Of a stretch of DNA of 64,000 nucleotides, positions 48,818 to 58,442 are shown piece after piece. Position numbers and translations under genes: made by a program. Every line of letters starts with the position of its first letter. Positions within the stretch are counted from its first letter, which is position 1. Where the stretch lies: the IMG/VR virus record IMGVR_UViG_3300025098_000012, positions 162,699-226,698 of that record, one strand, 5' to 3'. The notes under the pieces were generated by a model that saw nothing but the letters and a program-made list of their open reading frames with translations, had not been told where the DNA came from and did not search any database.

Positions 48818-48979
48818 TTAAACAACCCTTACCAAAGAGACTCGATAAAGAAGGTTAAAGAGATCTCCTTTGTGCCTCTTTCTTTTATTTGTCTCTTCGA
48901 TTTCTATTCGGACAGGTTTAGCCGAGTCCTCGCTACAGCAAAGAGTACAGCATATCACTAATATAAAGGTCAGTCTCAT
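48818..48979 (-). CDS. Small secreted/lipoprotein-like protein (53 aa)
   Basis: AGGAGG RBS; MRLTFILVICCTLCCSEDS...; not in the track. Confidence 0.55.
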   Translation of the reverse strand: MRLTFILVICCTLCCSEDSAKPVRIEIEETNKRKRHKGDLFNLLYRVSLVRVV

Positions 48980-49035
48980 CGAAAAAATACCTCCTATTTA
49001 ATCTTGGGAAACAGGGGGTATTTAATGACTATGAA

Positions 49036-49566
49036 TCAAAGTTTGAGAGGATCGCCATTATCGTCAAAAAGACGCTCAACATCGAATGTTCCGTCTTCGG
49101 ATACTTTCATACTCCATAGGTCTTGGGTAGCCTTATGTACTAGGGTAGACTCACCACCTGCTTGGCTCAAAAAGCTCGCTGAAAGGTTAGGTCCACTCAA
49201 CACGATGAAGTGATCCTCAATGCTCGCAACTTTCATGCTTGCTACACGCAAGAAGTTAGCAGGGATGCGATCAATCTTGTTGCGTCCGTCAAACTTTACA
49301 AACACCTCTCCGTCAAGAGAGGTAACGTCACCTGTTGCAGTCTTAACAGATACGACTGTTCCCTTTGTGCCAGCAGTCGGGAGCTGACCAGGTAAGATCA
49401 CACCGTTATTAGTGTGTGAGACTACACGCATACCATCTTCAAAGTTGAGTGCTTCTCTTTTATTCTTGCGACCCCGATCAGTTAAGTCAGAAATCTTAGT
49501 ATCAAGAACAGCGTCCATGCTAGAGGTCTTTTGAAACGAGCCAAATACAATGTCATTATCCCACAT
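49036..49566 (-). CDS. Late hypothetical protein
   Basis: AGGAG RBS, late motif at 49611; LRVASMKVAS boundary. Confidence 0.7.
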   Translation of the reverse strand: MWDNDIVFGSFQKTSSMDAVLDTKISDLTDRGRKNKREALNFEDGMRVVSHTNNGVILPGQLPTAGTKGTVVSVKTATGDVTSLDGEVFVKFDGRNKIDRIPANFLRVASMKVASIEDHFIVLSGPNLSASFLSQAGGESTLVHKATQDLWSMKVSEDGTFDVERLFDDNGDPLKL

Positions 49567-49657
49567 AATCAGTCTCCTAGTGTGAATAAAGTGTCTGATT
49601 ATGTGGGCGATATAAAGAAACTATTAAAGTAGATCTCTACCTGTGGATCATAAACGA

Positions 49658-50074
49658 TTACTTAGCAGGGATTGAGTTTGGCAGATTAGTGATTGTTTCA
49701 CTAATCCAATCATGACCACTATCTAACAAGTCTTCACCCCAAAAGCTAGGGTCAGAGATTTTCACTGTAATGCAAATGCAAGATTCACATTCCGATGTAG
49801 TTACAAAATCTTCAATCATCTGACTGTGGGGCCACTGATTGATAGAGGTTTTAAAATCTTCTACAGATCTTTTTAGGATCGCCCTGTTCATGTGCATGAA
49901 ACAAAGGTTAATTTTGTCTTCTTCATACTCACGATCATCTACCATGATGATAGCACGAGCATTACTTAATTTTGCTGTCTTTGCGGCAGACTTCGTTCTT
50001 CTTGAGGTGCTGTTTTCAAGTCGAGCAATACGATCTTCAAGATTTCTGATGGTTTCGTTTGCTGATCTTCTCAT
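49658..50074 (-). CDS. MRRSA-leader cassette protein
   Basis: MRRSANETIRNLEDRIARLENSTSRRTKSAAKTA; cassette UTR at 50075-50140. Confidence 0.8.
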   Translation of the reverse strand: MRRSANETIRNLEDRIARLENSTSRRTKSAAKTAKLSNARAIIMVDDREYEEDKINLCFMHMNRAILKRSVEDFKTSINQWPHSQMIEDFVTTSECESCICITVKISDPSFWGEDLLDSGHDWISETITNLPNSIPAK

Positions 50075-50107
50075 AATGGTTCTCCATTTGGTTTAAGATT
50101 AAAGGGA

Positions 50108-50788
50108 TCACTTATTGATAGGGGGGATAAATAAACTATTAACACGCTCGTACTTGATGACCTCATCAACCAAACCAAGCTCAAGACACTTCTTAGGGTT
50201 CATCCAAAGATCACGCTTTAGAAGATCTTTGAGTTGCTTCTTCTTCATGTTGGTGTTCTTGAGGTAAATGGACTCCAACATTTCCATGAGCGAGTCCATA
50301 GACTCTTTCTCATCAGTTAGGTTCTCGTATGTTCCCCATACACCTGTGCTGATTTGGTGGATGAGCATGAAACTATGCTCGGTGATGAAGCGTTTAGTTC
50401 CGACACAAGACATGATAGTCGCCGCTGACGCCGCCGACCCCTCGACATAAGTGAAAACAGGGATGTCCGAGTCTAAGATATGGCTCGCCCCTGCAAGACC
50501 ACTAAAGGCACATCCTCCACCACTATTGATATGAAGGTGGATCGCAGGAGCTTGAGAGAGTCCAAGATCAGTGACCATATTAATGATCTGTTGACCGATG
50601 GACTTGATCGCAATCCCCATCTCCATGACAGACTTCGGAGAGATGCCTTGATAGAGGTAGATGTGATTGTCGCTTACGGTAATCTCACCATAGAAATCTG
50701 CTTGTGCGTTTTTGCGTTGAACATGAGCTTCTTCGTCATCATAAATTCTACGCATAGTGGGTGGGTGGTTAAAGTATTTCATAATCAT
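50108..50788 (-). CDS. clpP: ClpP-like (S14) serine protease
   Basis: LHINSGGG, VEGSAASAATII, FMLIHQ, RDLWMNPKKCLELGLVDEV. Confidence 0.8.
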   Translation of the reverse strand: MIMKYFNHPPTMRRIYDDEEAHVQRKNAQADFYGEITVSDNHIYLYQGISPKSVMEMGIAIKSIGQQIINMVTDLGLSQAPAIHLHINSGGGCAFSGLAGASHILDSDIPVFTYVEGSAASAATIMSCVGTKRFITEHSFMLIHQISTGVWGTYENLTDEKESMDSLMEMLESIYLKNTNMKKKQLKDLLKRDLWMNPKKCLELGLVDEVIKYERVNSLFIPPINK

Positions 50789-51207
50789 GCCCTTTCTCGG
50801 ATTATGTGAAATCCTTCTAGCCAAGCTAGAACAAGAGGTCTAAGAGATTGAGTGGCGAGTGGGGAAAAACACTCTGGCATTTTCCGATGTCCTAAGATAC
50901 AGTGGTCTTTCTTATACGACAGACAATGGTCTTTTTCATCACAGTCTTTGGGTACATCAAGGAGCTTTAGACAGCCTCTAGGCTCTCTAAGGTTTTGATT
51001 CATCAGAGGGGTTGTGAACCCTCTCATTGCTTGGTCGAGTATGTCATGTGAGACTTCGGGGATTAAACGCTCTACAGGTGTTCCTACAAGGTCAGAGAAC
51101 GCACCCCAATTTGTACTCTCATAAGGAAGGATCTTAGCGATCTTAGGGTTATTCCAATGACGATCAGTAAGGGTCATAAAGATTAACCCATCTCTACGGT
51201 ACATCAT
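50785..51207 (-). CDS. Hypothetical Cys-containing protein
   Basis: 140-aa ORF coupled to neighbours. Confidence 0.6.
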   Translation of the reverse strand: MMYRRDGLIFMTLTDRHWNNPKIAKILPYESTNWGAFSDLVGTPVERLIPEVSHDILDQAMRGFTTPLMNQNLREPRGCLKLLDVPKDCDEKDHCLSYKKDHCILGHRKMPECFSPLATQSLRPLVLAWLEGFHIIRERA

Positions 51208-51527
51208 TAGTGGACGACCTCATCCTTCTTCATGAGTTCGATTTCTCTAAGGCATATATTAGCAAGATCTTCGGATATGATCTTTTCATCGGTGAGGTAA
51301 TCTACAACTAAAGGGTGTAATGTGCCGATAAGAAGGATCGGTTGGCGATCATCATTTTTATCGGGGGTTACTAACACTTGCATTTCGGGGAAGATACGCT
51401 CTATCCCCATCATTCGCCCAACATAGAACCACATTTTAATCAGTTCTTCTTTTGAGTCTGACTGAGCTACTATATTGTTGAGTATTGCCTGCAATACTTC
51501 AACAGGATCTATTGAGTCGTTGTCCAT
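51207..51527 (-). CDS. Hypothetical protein
   Basis: GGAG RBS; TAATG overlap. Confidence 0.65.
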   Translation of the reverse strand: MDNDSIDPVEVLQAILNNIVAQSDSKEELIKMWFYVGRMMGIERIFPEMQVLVTPDKNDDRQPILLIGTLHPLVVDYLTDEKIISEDLANICLREIELMKKDEVVH

Positions 51528-51575
51528 GATACATCTCTCCTTTTATATAGAGAGATGTATCTAAAGACTACAAAC

Positions 51576-51860
51576 TTAATGTTGTCTATGCAGACATCTC
51601 GCCCTAACCTCATTGAGCATAGATTCGATCTTATTAAACTTATCTAAAAATTCTTTATAGGGTCGAAGCACATCTTCATCACTGAGGTTATCGAGCATTT
51701 CAGCGGCATCATCAAAGATTCTTTTAAGATCACGATTTTCACTTAGAAAGTCATGGTTTTCATACTTTTTTCTAAGGTCTACGAGCCTACCTAGATTGTC
51801 ATCTAGGTTTTCTCTCACATCGTGAAACATCTTGGTTTTAGAGACTGCGTTTCTTACCAA
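51576..51860 (-). CDS. Hypothetical protein
   Basis: ORF overlapping the upstream stop; start uncertain. Confidence 0.55.
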   Translation of the reverse strand: MVRNAVSKTKMFHDVRENLDDNLGRLVDLRKKYENHDFLSENRDLKRIFDDAAEMLDNLSDEDVLRPYKEFLDKFNKIESMLNEVRARCLHRQH

Positions 51861-53584
51861 CTTTTTTTTTGATAAGAAGCTCTTCTACGACCACCACTCA
51901 TAGCACCCTCAAGTTTACGGATGAGTTTCTGTAGACCTGCAATGGCTTTACGAGTACGAACTTCAACAGGCTGACGACCTGCACGACCAGTTCCTTGAAT
52001 ACGATCAAGTGCGAGGCGAATGTCGTTCGCAGACTCTTGGGAAAGTTGATCTCGATTAGTGCCGAGTGAACGCTGTGTTGCCATGAGCTGTTGTACAGCT
52101 CGCTCATCAACGATACCGTTATCTTGGAATGAAGCAATCGCCGCACGAACAACAGAAACGGTATCTGTGATCATAGCTTGTGAGTAAGCAATGTCTTGGT
52201 TCTGCCACATTCCAGGATTTGAAGTAAGACCGATTGGATACGAGCCATAGAGAGGACCGCTCTTACGGTGTTCACCTCTCTGTGAATATGCAGAGACATA
52301 ACCCTTCTTGAGCTTAGACTTGAGCTGTTTAACAAAGAAAGCCTGTGCTTCATAAGAGTCCATAAATGATTTATCGGCTCTACGACCCGAAGAACCAAGA
52401 CGACCATAAAGGATTTCTACATCTGATCCGCTAACGACCATCTCGTAGAATTTGCTTTTGTTCTCGGACTCACCGATGAGATAAAGCATACAAGAGGTAG
52501 CCTCTGCCATTGAGCGACCCTCATGATAAGCTGTGCTTGAGCGAACACCTGCGAGTTGTGGCTCACCTGCGGCTTCACGATTCATGCTTGCAGTGCGATT
52601 GAGGTTTGCCTCAAGACGAGCGATCCTCATCTCAAGGTTACGGATTACTTCACTAGCTGATCTTCTCATTTGAGATCCTTTCTTTAGAAGCCTTCTGACT
52701 TCATCTTTAGAGTAAGAGTTGTCGAGCTTACGCTCATTACGATAGATGAGGTGACGCAAACGCTTACGCTCCTCATCATTGAGTGAATCAATGCCTCTAC
52801 GCTGACCTTTATTGATAAGCATAAAGTCATCACGCTCAAGATAGGCATTGGATTTAAGGTCTGCAAGTAGCTTAGATGCTGGAGATGACTGACTAGCAAT
52901 GATTTCTTCAACCACATTCATCTGTCTTTCAGAGAGCTGAATACGATCTTCAGCTTTAGACTTGAGTTGTGCCAAGAAACGATTACGAGGGTCGAGTTCA
53001 AGTGCCTTTTCAATACGGACAAGCTGATTACTTGTCTGATTACCAACCATTTGAGTTTGCATCAGTTTTTCGTCAAGCACTTCAATCTGTCTCTCGGAAA
53101 GCTCTCTACCACCCATAAACTGATCGTAGAGACTTCTGAAAAAACGATTAGTAGGTTGCATCGCAATCGCTTGGTTGAGCTTCGTTAAGATGTCTTGATC
53201 GGGATTCTCAATACGCTCTTCAGTTTCGATTAGGATTTCCTCAACCCTGTAGTGAAGGGGATCTCCTTGTTGAAGCTCATTTAAGATGTCTTTCCACCAA
53301 TCACTATTCGGATTAAGAGCAAGAACTGCTTGAACACGCTCAATGCTCTCTACATCTCTGAACTTACCTGGAAAGTCGATCTTGAGTTGGATGAGTCCAT
53401 CACTGATGGACATATCTCCAAGACTCCTTAACAGAGACACAAGAACATCTGGTCCTTTTTTGTTGAGTTTAACTTCAAAATCGTCAAAGTTAATCATGGC
53501 ATTGTCTCTACGAGACTCCATCTCAAGCATCTCTAGTGCTTCTTCTACTGTGGTATTGTAGAAATATATTTGATTGGCTTTCAT
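51854..53584 (-). CDS. Multidomain late protein: helical repeats + internal MRRSASE leader + WGR domain
   Basis: LSERQ repeats; MRRSASEVIRNLEMRIARLE; SKFYEMVVSGSDVEILYGRLGSSG...QLKSKLKKGY; late motif at 53623. Confidence 0.75.
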   Translation of the reverse strand: MKANQIYFYNTTVEEALEMLEMESRRDNAMINFDDFEVKLNKKGPDVLVSLLRSLGDMSISDGLIQLKIDFPGKFRDVESIERVQAVLALNPNSDWWKDILNELQQGDPLHYRVEEILIETEERIENPDQDILTKLNQAIAMQPTNRFFRSLYDQFMGGRELSERQIEVLDEKLMQTQMVGNQTSNQLVRIEKALELDPRNRFLAQLKSKAEDRIQLSERQMNVVEEIIASQSSPASKLLADLKSNAYLERDDFMLINKGQRRGIDSLNDEERKRLRHLIYRNERKLDNSYSKDEVRRLLKKGSQMRRSASEVIRNLEMRIARLEANLNRTASMNREAAGEPQLAGVRSSTAYHEGRSMAEATSCMLYLIGESENKSKFYEMVVSGSDVEILYGRLGSSGRRADKSFMDSYEAQAFFVKQLKSKLKKGYVSAYSQRGEHRKSGPLYGSYPIGLTSNPGMWQNQDIAYSQAMITDTVSVVRAAIASFQDNGIVDERAVQQLMATQRSLGTNRDQLSQESANDIRLALDRIQGTGRAGRQPVEVRTRKAIAGLQKLIRKLEGAMSGGRRRASYQKKSW

Positions 53585-53649
53585 CACATCTCCTTCGGTT
53601 TGTTTCACAGCAAAGGAGGAGGTATAAATAAACTATAAAAGGTAAAGAT

Positions 53650-54165
53650 ATGAACCCCATCTTAAAGATCTCTCCCGAAAACCAAGACCGATTAAACAAA
53701 GCACTAGAATCTATTCTGAACGAACACTTGATGCTCACACAGATGTACTCATTCGAGGGTTCGGATAAAGATTTGGTTCGAGTCGCAGAATTTTCGTCCA
53801 CTTGCCTCGAACACCTTAGCAATGTCCTTATTAGTGATACTGACATCACATGGGATTGGGAGGCATACCAAAAGGCTCGCAAAGAGTTCATGGACAAGCC
53901 CACTCCTCAAACTAAAGAAAAGCTGATCCTCCATATTCAGTTTAATCTTGGTGTGCATGAGTCGTCCCTTCACACAGGGGAGAAATGGGAACTAGTTGAA
54001 GATAAGAACGGATACTTGAAGTTCAAACCTGTTTACCCGAACAAGTTCCACATTCGTTTAGGTCAGTTAGAGGACTTAAAGAAATCTTACACCTTTGTTG
54101 ATGATGTGGTATACAACCAAGATGGGCTTTATGTTCAGTACAACGAGGTACAAAATGACACATGA
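53650..54165 (+). CDS. Hypothetical protein
   Basis: 171-aa ORF with AAGG RBS. Confidence 0.65.
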   Translation: MNPILKISPENQDRLNKALESILNEHLMLTQMYSFEGSDKDLVRVAEFSSTCLEHLSNVLISDTDITWDWEAYQKARKEFMDKPTPQTKEKLILHIQFNLGVHESSLHTGEKWELVEDKNGYLKFKPVYPNKFHIRLGQLEDLKKSYTFVDDVVYNQDGLYVQYNEVQNDT

Positions 54166-54442
54166 CGAGTTGATCGCTAAGTGGAAGTCATTATTCACAG
54201 ATGAATATGGGGATTCGACACTGACATATCTTGAAGTGCCTGATTCTTGGTATTTATTAGTCGATACACTATGTGATCAAATCCAAAGCCACCTAGTAAA
54301 AACACCCGAAGCTGGTTTCTTTTATGTAGTTCAGATTAAAGAGAAGTTTGGTGGTTTAAGGTTTTATACTAACAGTCATGACTCAACTATAGAGGGTCTG
54401 ATCCGAATGGCAGAAGCATATAGCTACCACATACCTCAATAG
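54155..54442 (+). CDS. Hypothetical phage protein (QIKEKFGGLRFY motif)
   Basis: GAGG RBS before MTHDEL; motif recurrent in phage proteins. Confidence 0.7.
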   Translation: MTHDELIAKWKSLFTDEYGDSTLTYLEVPDSWYLLVDTLCDQIQSHLVKTPEAGFFYVVQIKEKFGGLRFYTNSHDSTIEGLIRMAEAYSYHIPQ

Positions 54443-54483
54443 TTGTTTTATATCCTCAACTAACAACAAAGGGGGGTATAAAT

Positions 54484-54750
54484 ATGTCATTACCTAGAGA
54501 ACGAAAAAGAGCTGACTATCGAGTCATTGCTCGCATCTTGCAACTGAGTCATGGACAAGCAGATCCAAAAGACTCATTGCTTGAAAAGATTTCTAATGTA
54601 TTTAATCGTAATGGTGGCTCTTGGGTATTATTCTTTGAAGGACACCCAAAACACAGCAAGCTACTTAAAGTAGTGATAAAAGCTGTCGTAAAACATAAGA
54701 AGGATCAACATGAGCGAAGAACTAGAAGCCAAATCAGTTGGGAAGATTAA
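54484..54750 (+). CDS. Late hypothetical protein
   Basis: Late motif at 54438; GGGGG RBS. Confidence 0.6.
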   Translation: MSLPRERKRADYRVIARILQLSHGQADPKDSLLEKISNVFNRNGGSWVLFFEGHPKHSKLLKVVIKAVVKHKKDQHERRTRSQISWED

Positions 54751-56386
54751 ACCCCGATCAAAAGCGATCACTCGTAAGCTCAATCCTGCCGAGATGAAAT
54801 CGAGGGTCAAAGTGGCGATGACCACAGGAGGCTCTATGATGGGGTCGGGTGGGAACTTCTACTCACCAGAGTTATCTACTGACTTTCTTGAACTACCTCA
54901 AAGTCAAGACGAACAACGCAACTACTTTAGGTTCTTTTATCGCACTGACCCCTTCGTAGGACAGGCGATTGATCTACATACAGAGCTTCCCCTCTCTAAG
55001 ATCAGATTAGGGCTACCTAAAGCTCGCAACCGAGACATGGCTTATGAAGCACTTAGGTTCTGTGAAAAATGGGCGAAGCGAGTCGGACTACTTCACCGAC
55101 TCATAGAAATCTTACATGAGTTCAACCTGCTCGGTGAGGTTTTTGTTTTCTGTGAGGACAATAATCCAGATGTGCCTCAAGAGGTGACACATAGTGGTCG
55201 GAATGTTCTTAAAGAAGATGGCGAAGCGTTTACTGAGTGGACTGAGTATGAGGACTCCCATGAACGAGCTTACAAGTGGCTCAAGAGGAACTATAAAGGG
55301 TGGACAGGTGTTCGTATCCTCCCTCCCGAACAAGTTCACATGGAGAGTTTTCCTTTCACTAGTGAGAAGATCATTCAACTTATTCCCGATAGTAAAACTC
55401 GTGATGTAGTTGAACGAGCTTCGGTTAATGATCCCTCTGCTCTTCGTATTGTAGACTCAATGCCAGGAGATGTTGTAGAAGCTATTCGAGATGGTCGCAA
55501 CATTGACCTCAATACTGATCCCGATCAAGGATCATTCGTTTATTATATGGCTCGTAAGAAATCACAATATGAACCTCGTGGACACTCTATGCTTGAGCGT
55601 TGTCTTCGTATCCTCGTTTATCGAGATAAATTAAGACAAGCCCAAACTTCTATCGCTTCAAGACACATGACTCCTATCCGACTCGTATATGCAGAGGATA
55701 TGGATGCGTCTGATGTTGAAGAGTTGAGAGATCAAGTGGATCTTGCACTACAAGATCCAGACTATTCTATCATCGCTAACTTCCAAGTCTCTTGGGAAGA
55801 GATGGGTGCTGACTCTCGTTTGCTTGAACTATCGGGCGAATATGATATGACAGACCGACAGATGTATGCAGGTCTAGGTGTTACAGAATCTCTGTTATCT
55901 GGTGAGTCTAGTTATAGTGGCGATAGGATCAACTTAGAAGTCATCAACACACGCTATATGCTTATGCGTGAGGTTCTTCAAGAGATGGTTGAAGAGAACA
56001 TCTTGAAGCCAATGTGTAGACGAATGGGTTTCGTTGAAATAGATGAAGATGGTGATGAGGTTGTAGTACACCCAACCCTTAGCTTCACTCGACTTGGATT
56101 GCGTGATAATCAAGATACCTTTGACGCTCTCTTTAACCTGTATCAGAAGGGTTCATTGGACATTGATGTGATCCTAGAACTCCTCAATGTAGATCCTATG
56201 ACAACTAAGGCTAAACTTGAGCGTGATATGTGGACACTCAATGACTCTCAGTTTAACGAAGTTCTGAGAGGGGTCTATGGTGAAGCAGGTCGTATGTTAG
56301 CCGAGAACACAGAAGCGATTGAGATCATCGCTAAGAATCTTGGATTAAAGTACAACCCACCAGAAGATGACGGTGGTCGTTTCTAA
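54710..56386 (+). CDS. Portal protein
   Basis: 558 aa; FFYRTDPFVGQAIDLHTELPLS, EFNLLGEVF, GHSMLERC, QAQTSIA, GVTESLLSGE are typical of large-phage portals. Confidence 0.75.
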   Translation: MSEELEAKSVGKIKPRSKAITRKLNPAEMKSRVKVAMTTGGSMMGSGGNFYSPELSTDFLELPQSQDEQRNYFRFFYRTDPFVGQAIDLHTELPLSKIRLGLPKARNRDMAYEALRFCEKWAKRVGLLHRLIEILHEFNLLGEVFVFCEDNNPDVPQEVTHSGRNVLKEDGEAFTEWTEYEDSHERAYKWLKRNYKGWTGVRILPPEQVHMESFPFTSEKIIQLIPDSKTRDVVERASVNDPSALRIVDSMPGDVVEAIRDGRNIDLNTDPDQGSFVYYMARKKSQYEPRGHSMLERCLRILVYRDKLRQAQTSIASRHMTPIRLVYAEDMDASDVEELRDQVDLALQDPDYSIIANFQVSWEEMGADSRLLELSGEYDMTDRQMYAGLGVTESLLSGESSYSGDRINLEVINTRYMLMREVLQEMVEENILKPMCRRMGFVEIDEDGDEVVVHPTLSFTRLGLRDNQDTFDALFNLYQKGSLDIDVILELLNVDPMTTKAKLERDMWTLNDSQFNEVLRGVYGEAGRMLAENTEAIEIIAKNLGLKYNPPEDDGGRF

Positions 56387-56446
56387 TAGTTTATTTATAC
56401 CCTCTCATAAGTGATCTCTTTAACCTTAAACCAATGGAGAAAAACC

Positions 56447-56740
56447 ATGAGAAGATCTGCTAGTGAAACTATTAGAAATCTTGAAGATCGTATCGCTCGC
56501 CTTGAAGGTAAGACAGCGAAAATCAACCTCAAATCCCTTGCCAAGCACATAAGTAAAAAAAGAAGCGATGGTACTGGTACTGTTGGCTTTGTGGAATATG
56601 ACGCACGAAGCCAAACAGTAATTTTCCTCAATGGGGACTATGAAGATATAGTAGTACCTGTAGACAAGTTGTTAGCTCAACTTATCCGAGAGGAGATGGG
56701 TAATGACCTGTATGACTTAGAGGGCAACACTATCAGTTAA
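56447..56740 (+). CDS. MRRSASE-leader cassette protein (plus strand; track strand label is wrong)
   Basis: ATGAGAAGATCTGCTAGT at 56447 reads MRRSAS on the + strand, ending TAA at 56738-56740. Confidence 0.85.
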   Translation: MRRSASETIRNLEDRIARLEGKTAKINLKSLAKHISKKRSDGTGTVGFVEYDARSQTVIFLNGDYEDIVVPVDKLLAQLIREEMGNDLYDLEGNTIS

Positions 56741-57249
56741 GAGGATAAAGCCTTATATAGCTTCTCCCACTGACGCACCTTTGAGTCCTCTAGCGATGAG
56801 AGCATATTGAACACCTCCCAATAGCGTAAGGTGTCCTCATAATCCTCTCTCCTAGAGGTTTTCTCGTTTAATAGACCCTCTACCCTACGCATTATCATTT
56901 CTTTGCGTGTAGGGTCTTCGTAGGTGTCCTCAAAGATGTCTTTCTTTGGTTGGTACTTCCACACCTCAAGCCCATACTTGAGTTCTAGGGCTGTGCAAGC
57001 CCTACCAAAGTCAAGACCCTCTTTTTCCATTACCGTAGCGATGGAGTCTCGCACCTTACCACAGGCGAAACAGAACCAAGTGTTTGTCTCTGGATAAACA
57101 CGAGCTGAGGGTGCGTTATCCGATCCATCCCCATGTAAGTCGCACCTAAACTGTTGTTGGTTGGTGTGTCCATGCACATCATAGTTATAAGCACTTAATA
57201 CTGAGAGAATAGGTATCTTCTCTTTGATTCTTTCGGCTCTTTTGCTCAT
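56737..57249 (-). CDS. Stand-alone CHC2 primase zinc-binding-domain protein
   Basis: FRCDLHGDGSDNAPSARVYPETNTWFCFACG; no TOPRIM domain. Confidence 0.8.
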   Translation of the reverse strand: MSKRAERIKEKIPILSVLSAYNYDVHGHTNQQQFRCDLHGDGSDNAPSARVYPETNTWFCFACGKVRDSIATVMEKEGLDFGRACTALELKYGLEVWKYQPKKDIFEDTYEDPTRKEMIMRRVEGLLNEKTSRREDYEDTLRYWEVFNMLSSLEDSKVRQWEKLYKALSS

Positions 57250-57479
57250 TTACTGCCTCGCTTCATCACTTGTCGTAAGTGATGGTATCGTTCATTGACC
57301 ATCACTTCTTCATGGCATTCCCCAAACGATAACTCTTGAGGGGGAGCGTTCACGCTCACATAAGTTGATACTCCGTCTGACTCACAAAGATGGACGGACA
57401 CCTCTCTACTGCTGTCCATATAGATAAGCCCGAAGCATAGGGCAATAAAAGCGATCACAGCGATTCCGTCAGATGTCAT
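57246..57479 (-). CDS. Small membrane-anchored protein
   Basis: N-terminal hydrophobic helix; GGAG RBS. Confidence 0.6.
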   Translation of the reverse strand: MTSDGIAVIAFIALCFGLIYMDSSREVSVHLCESDGVSTYVSVNAPPQELSFGECHEEVMVNERYHHLRQVMKRGSK

Positions 57480-57837
57480 ATTTAACTCCTAGTGCCTTCC
57501 ATGAAGCGTAAGCGAACCAGTCCTCTTGAGAGAGTATCATCTCATAGTCATGGGCGAGACCGATGCGAACATAGTTCTCATTGAACTCAAGACTTGGGGT
57601 GTACTTAAAGTCTCTCTCTGCCTCTAGGAAAGCCTCAAACTCACCATAGTAGAGGTTATATTTCTCATACTCCTCATATTCCTCATAGTCTGGAGTATTG
57701 AGGTCTGTCCTCACCAGCAACTTGCGAGTGGTGAAAGGCATGACTCTTTGTTCGGTAAAGTCGATGTCGTATTCAAGCATTGCTGTTTTCCTCTCGGTAG
57801 TGAAGCTCATCTCCGATAGAGATGTATAGATCTTCAT
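57469..57837 (-). CDS. Hypothetical protein
   Basis: 122-aa ORF coupled to the downstream gene. Confidence 0.6.
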   Translation of the reverse strand: MKIYTSLSEMSFTTERKTAMLEYDIDFTEQRVMPFTTRKLLVRTDLNTPDYEEYEEYEKYNLYYGEFEAFLEAERDFKYTPSLEFNENYVRIGLAHDYEMILSQEDWFAYASWKALGVKYDI

Positions 57838-57991
57838 ACTCGTTGGTTGGGTGGGTGGCGAGTATGTGCTTTTGGATCGCCACTAGAGTCTCGTTAGGTA
57901 AAGCGAGTTGATCATAAGGTGGGATCTCATCACCGTTAATGGTGATGGTGTGGTCGCCTTCAAGGTTTGGTAGTGAGACTGTGATGTTCAT
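57773..57991 (-). CDS. Hypothetical protein
   Basis: AAGGAG RBS. Confidence 0.6.
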   Translation of the reverse strand: MNITVSLPNLEGDHTITINGDEIPPYDQLALPNETLVAIQKHILATHPTNEYEDLYISIGDELHYREENSNA

Positions 57992-58189
57992 AGAGTGTTC
58001 TCCTTTGGGAAGTTTTAGTATTGCTCCTCCACCACCGAGTCAGAGGACTCAACTCCCATCTAAAGGTGCGTGGTGGTGTTAGGGTTCTTATGGGTAAAGA
58101 GTTCGATGAGGGCTAGGGTTAGAAGAATGTGTTTCAAGTTTCTCCTTTGGGAGTGAGTGGTTATACAATGTTATAGATAAGGGGTTACA

Positions 58190-58442
58190 AACACCCCGAC
58201 TCTCCTAAGAGAAGCCGAGGTGTCGGGCAAGTGAGCTGACCTCGCCAAGCATATCTGAGTCTGCGTAAAGCCCGTTTCTATAGGAAAGACGCAACATCTC
58301 ACCTTATGTTGGCTCAAACCCCCCTTTTGAGATTGAACCTACGATGCGAGGTCAGAATCACCCACAACGACCACTACCCTTTCAATGGGTGGTTTACCTT
58401 TACAACAGCGTAAAGGCTTTGTTGGGCTAGTGGCATCCCCCA
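58190..58442 (-). ncRNA. Candidate structured non-coding RNA of unrecognised family, with its own terminator
   Basis: GTAACCCCTTAT motif + TATAAT upstream; 10-bp helix CTGACCTCGC/GCGAGGTCAG; multiple hairpins; terminal hairpin with G-U pairs only on the minus strand. Confidence 0.6.

Noticed and set aside
48565-48825. Cys-containing minus-strand ORF after the late motif at 48806
   Set aside because: Weak RBS and 113-nt antisense overlap with the 47838 gene; possible but unsupported
56411-56740. ORF-track minus-strand label
   Set aside because: The listed protein translates directly from the plus strand (GTG at 56411, ATG at 56447, TAA at 56738-56740)
58240-58270. Group I intron core (AGACT / AGATAT resemblance)
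   Set aside because: The P7 pairing and P/Q elements could not be built, and the element does not interrupt a gene
58328-58345. tRNA (GGTTCAATC on the minus strand)
   Set aside because: No T-stem pairing, D-arm or acceptor stem; at most a T-loop motif within the larger RNA. No tRNA genes were recognised
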